DNA from: Elusimicrobia bacterium UBA6262
GTDB lineage: Bacteria > CAYTYR01 > UBA6262
Direction: 5' to 3'
DNA length: 64,000 nucleotides
Assembly: GCA_002441095.1 (NCBI GenBank)
Contig: DJVG01000034.1
Coordinates: forward strand, 61,072 to 125,071
This document shows positions 1-10,383 of this stretch, in pieces. Numbering within the stretch: the stretch's first letter is position 1; every line of letters starts with the position of its first letter. The notes under the pieces were generated by a model. That model saw only the letters and a list, made by a program, of their open reading frames with translations, made no database searches and was not told the DNA's origin. A program made the position numbers and the translations under genes.

Positions 1-1029
1 GGCTTCTACCAATATGACCGGGCCAAACTCATTAGGCCATTGTTCAGGGACGATCATAATTTCACTGAAATTGATCATATTCCTGACTTCACTATTTTCC
101 ATCTTAGGGAGAAAGATCACAATTTTATTGAGTTTATTAGCCGCGATAGATTCTTTTATTTTCGCTAAATGCGCCGGTACGGCATCTCCTATTCCTACTA
201 AGAGCCTGACCTGTTGATGCCTAACTGCGATCAGGCGCAGAGCTGAAATCAGCACTTCCAAGCCTTTATGGTAGGATATAGAACCCACGAACAACAGGTA
301 TCGCAAAGCAGGGTCAAGATTGTATTTCCTGGCTATGGCCGCTCGATTTTCTGGTTGGGTGATTTTTGGCACATAGTAATAATTTACCTTGATTTTATCT
401 TCGGCTATACCGTGCTCAATAGCTCTCTTTTTAGAAGCCTCGGTCAAAGCAATATAAAGGTCGATTCTCCTTAAAATAGCTTTAAGCAGCATAGTCCGGT
501 AACAGGCAATTAACTTTAACATTAACTTCAGCAGATTTTTAGCCGGTAAACCGGCAATGATCTGCAGGCTGCATTCAGCACACCATATTCCCTGGTGTTT
601 AGGGCAAATAGAACCGTCATCCCGCAAAAAAGTATTACGATGGCAGAGCAGGAAATAATCCAGGAAAGTATAAGCGGTTTTAATACCCAGCAAGCGAGCG
701 CTGATCATTACCGGTAACAGCAGGTATTTAGAATGGATGTGAATAATATCCGGTTTTATCTTTCTTAGCTTCACATAACAGTCAAGTATGGCCAAGGGAT
801 CTATCAGCGGCTGGAATAATCTGGCTATCTTTCCGTCTAATTTAAAAATAGAACGTACCGGCAGCAGTTTTTCTGAAGTTGTATTGGGAAGCTCAAAAGG
901 GCTGGTCAGGATGCAAGCATCCACATTATTGCTATTCAAGGTTTCATATAGGCGATAGCAGTATATTTCGGCACCGCTCCATTTTCTATGGAATCCGGGA
1001 ATATAATCGGCAACCAGGCATACTTTCAT
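1..1029 (-). CDS. glycosyltransferase, GT-B fold (GT4-like), C-terminus truncated by window edge
   Basis: Minus-strand ORF starting at ATG 1029..1027 (MKVCLVADYIPGFHRKWSG...) and running past position 1 with no stop. Not in the ORF track because it is partial. The N-terminal Glyco_trans_4-like architecture and its position in a polysaccharide locus support the call. Confidence 0.55.
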   Translation of the reverse strand, partial: MKVCLVADYIPGFHRKWSGAEIYCYRLYETLNSNNVDACILTSPFELPNTTSEKLLPVRSIFKLDGKIARLFQPLIDPLAILDCYVKLRKIKPDIIHIHSKYLLLPVMISARLLGIKTAYTFLDYFLLCHRNTFLRDDGSICPKHQGIWCAECSLQIIAGLPAKNLLKLMLKLIACYRTMLLKAILRRIDLYIALTEASKKRAIEHGIAEDKIKVNYYYVPKITQPENRAAIARKYNLDPALRYLLFVGSISYHKGLEVLISALRLIAVRHQQVRLLVGIGDAVPAHLAKIKESIAANKLNKIVIFLPKMENSEVRNMINFSEIMIVPEQWPNEFGPVILVEA

Positions 1030-1039
1030 TTTACCACCG

Positions 1040-1765
1040 TTAATAATGTCTGAAATATGAATTAGCCCGGTCAATTTCCTCAGGCACATTCACATTAATA
1101 TATTCATCGCAAATACTGAATGATTTGACCAGGTGGCCATCATCAATAGCCGCCTGGATCAGATCCGGCAGTTCTTTCTCTCCTCTTATCTGATTGATTG
1201 GAGTTTTTTCTATATAGTCAAATACCTTATGCTTAAAAATGCAATTACCTGTGCCCATAATGTTATTTTTAGGATGGTCTGGTTTCTCAATCAGCCGGCT
1301 GATAACCCCATTCTTATCTTGTGCTAAAGCGTAGGTTTTCTTAATCAGGCTCTTATCTTTTACTTTAACTACCCCGCAAAGCCCGAAAAGATTCTCTTTT
1401 TGGAATTTAGCCATAAATTCTTTATGTCTCGGATTCAGCATCAATTCATCGCCAAGCATCAGCATAAAATCACTTCCACCTAATACCCGCTGGCTGCAAG
1501 CAATAGCATGAACCAGTCCTGCTTGCTCGTTTTGGATAGCATACTTGACCGGTTTGCCCTTATAACTATTCCCATAGCGGTTAATTATATCCTCTGCCCG
1601 ATACCCTACCACCACGACTATTTCTTTTACTTCCGCAGCCAGGGCATTTTCAAAACTGCATTCGATCAGCGGCTGCCCTTTGATATTGACCAGGCATTTG
1701 TTCTGATGAGCTGAATTTTCCTGCAACCGCTTGCCCCGGCCAGCGGCTAAAACAAGCGCTTTCAT
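1040..1765 (-). CDS. sugar-phosphate nucleotidyltransferase
   Basis: N-terminal MKALVLAAGRGKRL matches the G-x-G-x-R-L nucleotidyltransferase motif; 241 aa. Confidence 0.75.
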   Translation of the reverse strand: MKALVLAAGRGKRLQENSAHQNKCLVNIKGQPLIECSFENALAAEVKEIVVVVGYRAEDIINRYGNSYKGKPVKYAIQNEQAGLVHAIACSQRVLGGSDFMLMLGDELMLNPRHKEFMAKFQKENLFGLCGVVKVKDKSLIKKTYALAQDKNGVISRLIEKPDHPKNNIMGTGNCIFKHKVFDYIEKTPINQIRGEKELPDLIQAAIDDGHLVKSFSICDEYINVNVPEEIDRANSYFRHY

Positions 1766-2802
1766 GCTTTTGCTCCCTTTTTAAAAAGGTCGATATTTTC
1801 CTTAACCCAATTTACCAGATTAGTTATTCCTTCTTTGGGCATTACTTTCGCTTCCCATTTTAAATTTTGTTTAACCTTGGCCGTATCGCAGATAAAATAC
1901 CTGAGGTCACCGACCCGGTCAGGACAATAATTTACTGGTATTTTGCGGCCGAGGATTTCCTGCAATACCTCAATGCATTCCAGCAGGGAAATGGCGGTTT
2001 TTGTATTGCCGCCGACATTGTATATCCCCGGTTTTCTATTATTATAAAAGGCATCAAAAGCCGCGCACAGATCAGTAGCATACAGGATGTCCCTTATTTG
2101 CTTACCGGTCCCATAGATATTGATTGGCTCACCCAGTAAGGCCCGGATAGAAAAATTTGCCACCCAGCCATGGTCTTCTCCTCCTAATTGCCTGGGGCCA
2201 TACAATCCAGTCAGACGGAAACTGGCAGCCTCAATTCCATACGTGTCAATATAAGTTTGGATATACAAGTCTGCCGACCGCTTGGAAGCATGCAGCGGAG
2301 TTAATATTCCTTCGACAGTGGGGTGTTCTTCATTTATCGTCTCGGGATCCCTGGTATAGCGGGTTTTTCCCTCTTTTAAAGTCTCGTTAATTTTATTTCC
2401 GTAAACGTGAATGGTGGCGCAGGAAACCATCGGTATTTTATGCCGGCGGGCTATTTCCAGCACATTAAAGGTCCCGATGACGTTTGAAGTAAAATCGAGT
2501 TGGGGATCTTCCACGCTAATGGTGACTGCCGGCTGAGCCGCGGTATGAATGATAAAATCACAGCCTTTAGCTGCTTTTTCCAGCTGATCATAGTCCCGGA
2601 TATCCTGTTTGAGCATTTCTACGCCCATTTTTTTCAATAGTTCCCAATTATAATCCCTGGCTTTCCCCACAGCATATCCCGTGCGCATCAATTCATACTT
2701 AGTCATGTTATCATAAGCTATGACCTGGGCACCCTTCTTAATATAGTATTCACAGACATGAGAGCCAATAAATCCGCATCCTCCAGTCACTAAAACTTTC
2801 AT
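1762..2802 (-). CDS. NAD-dependent epimerase/dehydratase (extended SDR)
   Basis: VLVTGGCGFIGSH Rossmann motif and YxxxK signature; overlaps its neighbours by 4 bp and 1 bp, consistent with an operon. Confidence 0.75.
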   Translation of the reverse strand: MKVLVTGGCGFIGSHVCEYYIKKGAQVIAYDNMTKYELMRTGYAVGKARDYNWELLKKMGVEMLKQDIRDYDQLEKAAKGCDFIIHTAAQPAVTISVEDPQLDFTSNVIGTFNVLEIARRHKIPMVSCATIHVYGNKINETLKEGKTRYTRDPETINEEHPTVEGILTPLHASKRSADLYIQTYIDTYGIEAASFRLTGLYGPRQLGGEDHGWVANFSIRALLGEPINIYGTGKQIRDILYATDLCAAFDAFYNNRKPGIYNVGGNTKTAISLLECIEVLQEILGRKIPVNYCPDRVGDLRYFICDTAKVKQNLKWEAKVMPKEGITNLVNWVKENIDLFKKGAKA

Positions 2803-4016
2803 TAATTTCCCCCTTTATCGTTATTTTTCATATCATCCTGCACCCCATATTGTTTCTCCCTGCTGCTGGTATCATAGCCGCGGCAGCTCTGGCATAGATA
2901 CGGGACTGGCCCGTTTTTCTTATTAACGCTGGCGCGGGTTTTCCTATACCGCGGTTTATTCCAGATCTGCTTAAAATCCTCTTCATATAAATTACCCAAA
3001 GCATCTTCCTTCAATTTTATCCGGTTGTTGGACATGAGCAAAGCGCAGTCCAATAGGGCTGAACCATCGATCATAATGTAAGGCTGCAGCCATTTAGCGC
3101 AATAGTCAATACTGGCGCAATTATTTGAAGTATGCGACCAGATCAGGTTAATATTGTATTTTTTGGCTAACTGGTTTGATGCTTCGATGATCTCGGGCGG
3201 GATACTACTGATATTCAGGTGATCGATCTCCGGAAAACTTAATAAGCCCACCACCTGGACATCAGTAAGCTTCCCTAAATTTACGTCAAGTTCATGCACT
3301 AATTCCAGCAACCTGGGTATTTCTCCAACATTATCTTTCATAGCTATCAGCCGGAAGAAGATATAAGGGAAAGGTGTCTTTTTTTCCTGTTTGATCTTTT
3401 TTAGAGCCCTTAAATTAGTAATGACCCTGTCAAAATTTGCGCCGACTCTTATCTTCTCGTATATCGCCTTAGAGGCAGCATCTAACGAGACCTCTATCCT
3501 TTCCACATTCAGGTCGATTATTTTTTCCACAAAATCTTCCTTGAACAGGTCAAAGCTTTCCACAAACATGGTATTGACATTTTTTTTGTTCAGATAGTCC
3601 AGCATTTTGAAGAATTCCTTGTTCAAAAATCCCGTGCCCTCTCCGGTCACATTAATATACCGTAGTTTGGGGAATTGATCTATTATTTTTTTAAACTGCT
3701 CAAAAGTCATATCCTGGTGACGATATTTTTCGTCCTTCCAATAGGTGTGCTCGCACATAACGCAACGCAAGTAACATTTGGTCGTTATCTCAATTTCCAA
3801 TTCTTTAGGATACGGGGCCAAAGCCGGGAATCTTTTAAAGAGCCAGTCAAACTTACCGCCATCTATATCCCTGACCCAAAGCTGGCTCCAGACCAGGTTA
3901 TAGGCCTTTCTCCATCTTCCTTTTTTCAAAAAATACCAGACCTCATCCCAATGCTTGGTATAAAAATTACGGATTCCCTTAATTTTCCTAAACATTTTAT
4001 TGATCGGATTAGACAT
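2802..4016 (-). CDS. radical SAM domain protein
   Basis: CYLRCVMC carries the CxxxCxxC cluster motif; cysteine-rich C-terminus (CQSCRGYD). Confidence 0.65.
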   Translation of the reverse strand: MSNPINKMFRKIKGIRNFYTKHWDEVWYFLKKGRWRKAYNLVWSQLWVRDIDGGKFDWLFKRFPALAPYPKELEIEITTKCYLRCVMCEHTYWKDEKYRHQDMTFEQFKKIIDQFPKLRYINVTGEGTGFLNKEFFKMLDYLNKKNVNTMFVESFDLFKEDFVEKIIDLNVERIEVSLDAASKAIYEKIRVGANFDRVITNLRALKKIKQEKKTPFPYIFFRLIAMKDNVGEIPRLLELVHELDVNLGKLTDVQVVGLLSFPEIDHLNISSIPPEIIEASNQLAKKYNINLIWSHTSNNCASIDYCAKWLQPYIMIDGSALLDCALLMSNNRIKLKEDALGNLYEEDFKQIWNKPRYRKTRASVNKKNGPVPYLCQSCRGYDTSSREKQYGVQDDMKNNDKGGN

Positions 4017-5904
4017 TATCTACCTCAGCTATTTCGGTTATTAATATGCTTTTTGGTTTAAGCGTGAACCGCTGCAACAACTTGCCTTTATACATAACAA
4101 TTTTCTCCTCCTCTTTAGAAGCATCATTAAGCAATATTAGTTTCTCATCGACATGCATGATATATATTCCCGTTCCCGGCTCGCCATAAAGATATAGCGG
4201 AGCCCAGGGATATTGCTGGTCCTTATTACAAAGGTAAGGCCACAATGTCCGGGCAAATGCTTTAACCTTCAGATAAGGGATACTGATCCGATATCCTTCG
4301 CCATACTGTTCGTAACTTGCAGTCTCTCCGCAAGACAAATAAATTCCGCCAGATTTTACCCAATCCAGTACTAAGTCCTGGGTCAGGCTGTGGCCATAAG
4401 GATGGCTATAGCTGAATATAAACCGGTAGTCATCAAGGATATTATCCTGCACTAAGGTGTCATCGATTATATCTAAATCTATAGAGGACCGTAAATTACT
4501 GGCTAAAGCCAGATTAAGGTTCAAGGACCCCGGTTCCAGGGCTGCGGAATCAGCACTGACCAGCAAAGCGGCTTCCACTCTTCTCGAACCATTGACCAGG
4601 TAAGGGTAATTATTGGCCAGGTTCTTGGCTACCTCGCTTGGCCGCCCAAGAGGGATACAGTTATTGCTTTTCCCGGTGCAAGACACTCTTGTACCATAAT
4701 CTATCCCGAATAATGTTTTAAAATACAAACCCTCTATATCTCCGGAGGCATAATCAAAGACCCTCATAACTACTTCATCAGGCGCGGTTTCTATGGTTTC
4801 TTCAGTCTCTATCGCGGCATGATAATGTTTAGCCGCCGTTGATAACAAGCTCTTATTGGAAAAACTTTCAGCGTAATTACTGCCTAAATTTGTAATCCTC
4901 ACACCGGCATTAAGCTCTCCAGCCAGCTTGGCCTGGCCGGCGAAATCCGCTCCGGTAATCACATCCCCATATCCCCCGGTAACCAGGTAAACAGGTTTCC
5001 CCGGAAAAAATTGTTTGGTCAATATCAGCCATTTTCTGGCATATGCAGTCATAGTTTGCATATACCATCTGACAAAGGTCAGATAATGGTTGCGTCCCGA
5101 GATGTCCTTAAGATCCCTATTCAGTAGCCGGTTTTCATACCATTGCTCTAAATTCCTGGTTACCGGCTGGTCCAGGGCAAATAGCTCATGCCAAATTTTC
5201 CTGAAAACCTTATATAAAAGATCTTGGTGCAGGTTAATCTTCTTTATCGGCCAATCAATATTATCCCAAGACGCATAAGCTGTACCCCAGTCCTTATTCA
5301 AGTTATCCAATATCACATATTTCTGAGTGCAATAATTGACAAAATCCTGCCGGGCATACTGGTCATTGCACCACCACCCGCTATGTTTATGCCCCTGGCG
5401 GTTAATCCCATCTGATGAGGGATAGATGGCTTCACCCCAGACACCGCTAATCCCTATCAGCACGCTTTCTATAACTTCATTCTGGTCATACCGCTCAGCG
5501 ATCATCCTGATGAATTTTTCAATATACTCAGGTAAAAAAGGATTCCAGATGGATTGGATATCGCATTCCTGCCCATGTTCAAGGCACTTGGCAAATACTG
5601 ACTGGGAAGAATCACTGAACCATTCAGGTATTGAATAATTGGGTCCTAAAATTATAAAAGGCACCCATTTTAGTTTATGCGCAATGATTTTTTTTACCAC
5701 TTCATCGTAAGCGCTGAAATCAAGACAGCCTTTTACCGGTTCGATCATTGACCAGTAAACATACGATTGGAGTGAAGTAATGCCATATTTTTTCACTTCT
5801 TCATAAACGCTGTCCGCCAGCAGTTCCGGTTTTACCCTGCCGAACGCCTGCCATTGCTGGATGATATGGGGTTTAGCCGCTATTTTCTGAGATGGAGTTG
5901 ACAT
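4009..5904 (-). CDS. glycoside hydrolase family 42-like protein (beta-galactosidase-like TIM barrel plus trimerisation-type domain)
   Basis: 631 aa; N-terminal YVYWSMIEP...WGEAIYP TIM-barrel-like segments and a GH42M-like central region (ALLVSADSAALEP...DLDIIDD). Assigned by overall resemblance only. Confidence 0.4.
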   Translation of the reverse strand: MSTPSQKIAAKPHIIQQWQAFGRVKPELLADSVYEEVKKYGITSLQSYVYWSMIEPVKGCLDFSAYDEVVKKIIAHKLKWVPFIILGPNYSIPEWFSDSSQSVFAKCLEHGQECDIQSIWNPFLPEYIEKFIRMIAERYDQNEVIESVLIGISGVWGEAIYPSSDGINRQGHKHSGWWCNDQYARQDFVNYCTQKYVILDNLNKDWGTAYASWDNIDWPIKKINLHQDLLYKVFRKIWHELFALDQPVTRNLEQWYENRLLNRDLKDISGRNHYLTFVRWYMQTMTAYARKWLILTKQFFPGKPVYLVTGGYGDVITGADFAGQAKLAGELNAGVRITNLGSNYAESFSNKSLLSTAAKHYHAAIETEETIETAPDEVVMRVFDYASGDIEGLYFKTLFGIDYGTRVSCTGKSNNCIPLGRPSEVAKNLANNYPYLVNGSRRVEAALLVSADSAALEPGSLNLNLALASNLRSSIDLDIIDDTLVQDNILDDYRFIFSYSHPYGHSLTQDLVLDWVKSGGIYLSCGETASYEQYGEGYRISIPYLKVKAFARTLWPYLCNKDQQYPWAPLYLYGEPGTGIYIMHVDEKLILLNDASKEEEKIVMYKGKLLQRFTLKPKSILITEIAEVDNV

Positions 5905-5911
5905 AGCGCGA

Positions 5912-6661
5912 CTATTTTACAGCCTTGATAATAACTCGCCCGTGTACCGGCATATTCCTCCTGAGCAATCCTTTAGCCAGGTCTTTCCAATGTAATGGGG
6001 TTTTATGGAGGACCTCAAATCCCGTAAAGCCAACATCCCGCAGCATCGCTTTTATAGCGCTGATAGTAGGCAGGTGCCAATTAGTGGGATCCTGATTAAA
6101 AGTAGAACCTTGCACATATTCCAGCAATGGCCGGTTATTCATATTTTTCAGGTAAGCTGTTTCTATGATCAGTGTTCTTTTGCAAACCTGGGCAATTTTT
6201 TCCAAGGCCAGGACCGGATACTTCAAATGATATAAAACCCCTAGAAACAAAACCAGATCAAATTCTCCCAGCTTCTTCGGGTCAATATCATATACATCCA
6301 AGTCAACATATTTAACTTTAGACTGCAGGATCTCTTTAGCTACCTGAAATCCCTTAGTGCCCAAACTGGCATATTTTACTTCATCAGCCCTTTGCATGCG
6401 ATACAGGTTATCAATAGCCACAACTTCCCTGGCTCCTCTTTTTTCACATTCGAAGCTGTAGAAACCGTCCCAGGCGCCTATATCCAGGACTCTTTGCCCT
6501 TTTAAATCTCCGGGCAAAGCAAGCCGGTTTATAGTAATGAGATTATCCATTACTTTACCCGGCGTAATAATTCCTTCCCCTAAAGGGATAGAATGCCCCC
6601 AAAAAGGTACTTCTTTGATCTTAGCTAATATCTGTTCCTTGGACATCGTCATTCCCGGCAC
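5912..6661 (-). CDS. class I SAM-dependent methyltransferase
   Basis: VLDIGAWDGFYSF...EVVAIDN matches motif I and the post-I acidic residue. Confidence 0.7.
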   Translation of the reverse strand: MPGMTMSKEQILAKIKEVPFWGHSIPLGEGIITPGKVMDNLITINRLALPGDLKGQRVLDIGAWDGFYSFECEKRGAREVVAIDNLYRMQRADEVKYASLGTKGFQVAKEILQSKVKYVDLDVYDIDPKKLGEFDLVLFLGVLYHLKYPVLALEKIAQVCKRTLIIETAYLKNMNNRPLLEYVQGSTFNQDPTNWHLPTISAIKAMLRDVGFTGFEVLHKTPLHWKDLAKGLLRRNMPVHGRVIIKAVK

Positions 6662-6665
6662 CTCT

Positions 6666-7853
6666 CTATTGAGTTTTTATGTGCTCTAATAAATGCCGCC
6701 ATTTTCCTTTGGCCTGGTCTGCATCCAGTTCATCTTTTAGGGTATCGGCAATCCTAATTTCTTCAGGTTTTGTAACCTTCTTGATAAAACCAGTTGGTTC
6801 GGCGTCAAATAACAAAGCATCCAGATAGTCTGCGTGCCGGTGTTTTAACTGCAGCAGGGGATATAAATAATATGAGGGTATCCCGAGTGCAGCACTGCAA
6901 AAATTAGCCGAAGAAAAAAATGAAAATACCGCCTTTATTCTTCCGGCATTAAAAATGATCACTTTCTCCAGATATTCTTTTTGGTCGATCATCGTGATCC
7001 CGGCCAGAGAAACACCCTGGTAATCGTCCTGGGTGTCATGCGGATGCCATTTCATAAACAGCTGATTAGCGGGATAAGCTGCTCTTATTCTGCCTAAAAC
7101 TTCATTCATGATCGAGCTGAATCGTTCCCTTTCGGGGATATACGTCACGAGATTATGCCCTATAAACAGGATCGTATCTTCAGGCAGGGATAATACTTGC
7201 TCTTGATCACTGAATTTTATCTGGTCCAGGGTCAAAGACATTTTTTCGTATTCTGATTTATATCCTGGCGGACTGGAACGGTTAAAAAATATCTCTTTAG
7301 CAAACATAGCAGTCCCTAACAGCCTGTTGCCGATATTAACACTGCCGGGGACATATTGATACCGGAGCATCCGGCCATAGAATAGCAAAGAATAAAAGGA
7401 AAGCGCCAGGGACCGCCACAGGGATGTTTTTATATTTCCCAGGAGATTGTATTTCAACGGATTTAACTGATAAACCAGGTGATAGGATTTAATCCGGTAA
7501 TGCTTCTTTCTCAGTTCATCGATATGGCGGTAAAGATTCAGGCAAGACAATTCAGAATCATCAAAAAAGAAAAATACCGATTCTTTTGGGATCTCTATCT
7601 TCTTTATTGCCTGCTTATGCCTGATGGCCTGCTTTAATCCTTTAATTACATTCTTCTCATAATTGCAATACGGCAGATGATGCACCCGGTCAAAGTAATC
7701 GCCCAGCCTAAGCTGATCATATTTATAAAGCTGGGGATAATGGGTGATCAGCAGTTCAAACTTGATATCCTTGTCCAGTTCACGCATTAACTGCGTCAGG
7801 CCTAGCGAAATAATGATATCCACCTGCCTGATAGCGTGAAAATAAAAAATCAT
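6666..7853 (-). CDS. hypothetical protein; candidate CMP-sugar-dependent GT-B glycosyltransferase
   Basis: 395 aa with no TM. WHPHD is followed about 43 aa later by FSFFSS, which resembles the HP...SS arrangement of sialyl/Kdo-transferases. Weak inference. Confidence 0.3.
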   Translation of the reverse strand: MIFYFHAIRQVDIIISLGLTQLMRELDKDIKFELLITHYPQLYKYDQLRLGDYFDRVHHLPYCNYEKNVIKGLKQAIRHKQAIKKIEIPKESVFFFFDDSELSCLNLYRHIDELRKKHYRIKSYHLVYQLNPLKYNLLGNIKTSLWRSLALSFYSLLFYGRMLRYQYVPGSVNIGNRLLGTAMFAKEIFFNRSSPPGYKSEYEKMSLTLDQIKFSDQEQVLSLPEDTILFIGHNLVTYIPERERFSSIMNEVLGRIRAAYPANQLFMKWHPHDTQDDYQGVSLAGITMIDQKEYLEKVIIFNAGRIKAVFSFFSSANFCSAALGIPSYYLYPLLQLKHRHADYLDALLFDAEPTGFIKKVTKPEEIRIADTLKDELDADQAKGKWRHLLEHIKTQ

Positions 7854-7895
7854 TTATACCACCATCCCATAATTATAGGAACAATACTTATGAAT

Positions 7896-9365
7896 TTATT
7901 TCGCTCGAAATAAAGCACGTATATAATGCAATTCCTTTTGACTGAACGAGCGCACAGTAAAAAGAAATATTATATACGAAGTGATACCTGCCAGAATGGT
8001 CCAGAGCAGATTATGATAGTACCAGCGTACAAAATGCATTACTATTCCCATTAATATCGAAGACAATATGAATTTACTTATTTCTTTAATACCATAGGTG
8101 AACTTAAAATGGCGTTTTACCGTTGTATTAATAATGTTAAAAGATATAAAAAAACTGACAAAAGAAGTAATTGCCGCTACGAGAATGTTCTTATAAATAC
8201 TAATAAATATCAAATTCAACGCTAAACTGGTTGCCCCTGAAATTATGTTAACATAAAAGAGGATCTTGGTCCTTAATTGTACCAACAAAAGGTTAGTAAG
8301 GATCAAATTAATTCCAAAGAATAAGACTCCTAAAGCAATAAAAGGGATACACCAAAAAGCAGCTTCTGCAACCTGCCAATTAGCCAGCAACACCAGGATA
8401 TCTTTGCCGACGACTAAACTGCCGGTGATAAAAGGGATAGCTACTACTAGAAACAGTTTAATACTATAATGCAGGGTGTTCTTGACTTCATGTTCTTTTT
8501 TCTCATCATTAGCCCTGGCCAGGCTTGGCAGCAAAGACATATTCAGGGCTTTTGGTACCACGCCAATAACCCCACCGACACTATGAGCAGGACTATATAG
8601 TCCTACTGCGCTTGCTGACATTAATCCCCCGATAATATACCGGTCACTGGAATACATAATAAATTCCAAAATATATGATAATATCAGGGGTATGCCAAGC
8701 TTTATATCCTCTACTATTTGTTTCACTTTCAATACTGGGAAACTGAACCCGATCTCCCTTAATAATTTCACAGTGACATAACTGTAGGCGATAAGACTGG
8801 AATAAATCTCCGCCTGCAAGACTACATTAATATTTTTTACTTTGAAAACGAAAAACCCGATCAGCGCAAAAAGAACCAGCAATACTGAATTCACAATAGC
8901 TGAATAAATTAAAATATTGATCCTATGCGTATAACGAAAAAAATGAGCTATCTGCCCGCTCATAAATTTCATCAGGATTACCAGACATATCAAACCCATA
9001 GAAAATGTTATGTCATTATGATAAATGGTACCTTTAACAAATCCGTCTAAGCCCATTAAGAGAGCGAAAATTATCATTAGCACATATAATTGGAAAAAGA
9101 ACTGCGGATAAAATAACTTATTTTGTTCCTGAGGATCTTTTGTAGACGGCACAAATCTCTTATACTTAAATCCTACCCCCAAAGAGGATATAACACACAA
9201 GAATTCTACCCCGGTCTTTAACAGGACATACCCACCGTAAACAGTAATACCAAAGTTTTTGATCAGAACCGGCAATAAGATCAGGCCTTGCAAAGTAGAA
9301 AAAGCATACCATATTATAGTTAGTACATTATTTTTAACAAAATTTGTCTTATAATCATTGGCCAC
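7896..9365 (-). CDS. wzx: polysaccharide flippase (Wzx, MOP superfamily)
   Basis: 489 aa with about 12 predicted TM helices and a typical Wzx hydropathy pattern. Confidence 0.65.
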   Translation of the reverse strand: MANDYKTNFVKNNVLTIIWYAFSTLQGLILLPVLIKNFGITVYGGYVLLKTGVEFLCVISSLGVGFKYKRFVPSTKDPQEQNKLFYPQFFFQLYVLMIIFALLMGLDGFVKGTIYHNDITFSMGLICLVILMKFMSGQIAHFFRYTHRINILIYSAIVNSVLLVLFALIGFFVFKVKNINVVLQAEIYSSLIAYSYVTVKLLREIGFSFPVLKVKQIVEDIKLGIPLILSYILEFIMYSSDRYIIGGLMSASAVGLYSPAHSVGGVIGVVPKALNMSLLPSLARANDEKKEHEVKNTLHYSIKLFLVVAIPFITGSLVVGKDILVLLANWQVAEAAFWCIPFIALGVLFFGINLILTNLLLVQLRTKILFYVNIISGATSLALNLIFISIYKNILVAAITSFVSFFISFNIINTTVKRHFKFTYGIKEISKFILSSILMGIVMHFVRWYYHNLLWTILAGITSYIIFLFTVRSFSQKELHYIRALFRAK

Positions 9366-9392
9366 TAATATGTTCCTGATAAGTGATTTTAA

Positions 9393-10358
9393 TCATCTTA
9401 AACTGTAAATCCTGGTTTCATGATTAGACAAAGGATATGCTTCTTTCTTTACTAGCTCATAGGCACTGGAAATAGGATACTTACTCATCACTACATCGCT
9501 AGGATCTCTTTTCCCTTCCCTATTCACTAAATAAAGTTTCCTAACCTTTAATCTGTCGATTTCAGACAAATAGTATTTTAAGTTGTCCAAGGTCATATGC
9601 TGAAAACTCATAGTATTAATGAACAAGTCTACCTTTCTGCTTAATTTTGGCAGGAGCCAGGGAGCTAACAGGATAACAACTTTTTCTGTTTCAGTAATAT
9701 TTATAGAATCAAGATCCTTTTCCTTAACCGCTACTTTAACTTTCAGGCCGCTATTACTCAGATAATAATAACTCAGGGATAAATTTTCCGGCAGGTCAAT
9801 CAGTATATAAGTTTTTATGGCGAATTCCTTTGATGAAATAAGTTTCTCGCAAAGACCGCCAAATCCGCCACCGATCTCCATAATGGTTTCAATGCTGTCA
9901 GCCGAAAATTCCTGCTTTAATTTTTCATGATAATAGAACATTCTAATACAAAAATCAGTTACTTTCCTATGACCAAGCAAATAGTAACATGGATTACCAA
10001 CCAGATTATCGGTCAGTCCGTTCATTTTTATCTTACACTGTTTATTTACCCTGTACATCTGCATTAATATATCCCTGATACCCCGTACTTTTTGCCAAAA
10101 AGGTATACCTTTTGGCCAGGGCTTAAAACTCGCAATACTTTGCGGTTGTGGTAAATACCATAACGGCCGGTCCGGGAAGGAAATTGTTCCTCCGGAAAGA
10201 GCGGTTCTCCTGAAATTTATCAGATTCGATTCGTTTAAATGGGCAGGGAAATAATCAATCTTGGCATTTTCAACCGGAGAGTGTTTCCAGCCTCCATTAC
10301 TGGTAGCGCTTAAATCCCGCAGGGTCTTGAAAAGTTCTATGGTTTCTTTTTCAAACAT
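9393..10358 (-). CDS. putative sugar O-methyltransferase
   Basis: IMEIGGGFGGLCEKL SAM-binding-like motif; sits in the glycan locus. Confidence 0.5.
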   Translation of the reverse strand: MFEKETIELFKTLRDLSATSNGGWKHSPVENAKIDYFPAHLNESNLINFRRTALSGGTISFPDRPLWYLPQPQSIASFKPWPKGIPFWQKVRGIRDILMQMYRVNKQCKIKMNGLTDNLVGNPCYYLLGHRKVTDFCIRMFYYHEKLKQEFSADSIETIMEIGGGFGGLCEKLISSKEFAIKTYILIDLPENLSLSYYYLSNSGLKVKVAVKEKDLDSINITETEKVVILLAPWLLPKLSRKVDLFINTMSFQHMTLDNLKYYLSEIDRLKVRKLYLVNREGKRDPSDVVMSKYPISSAYELVKKEAYPLSNHETRIYSLR

Positions 10359-10383
10359 TTATTCCTCCTTATTTTTTATAATA

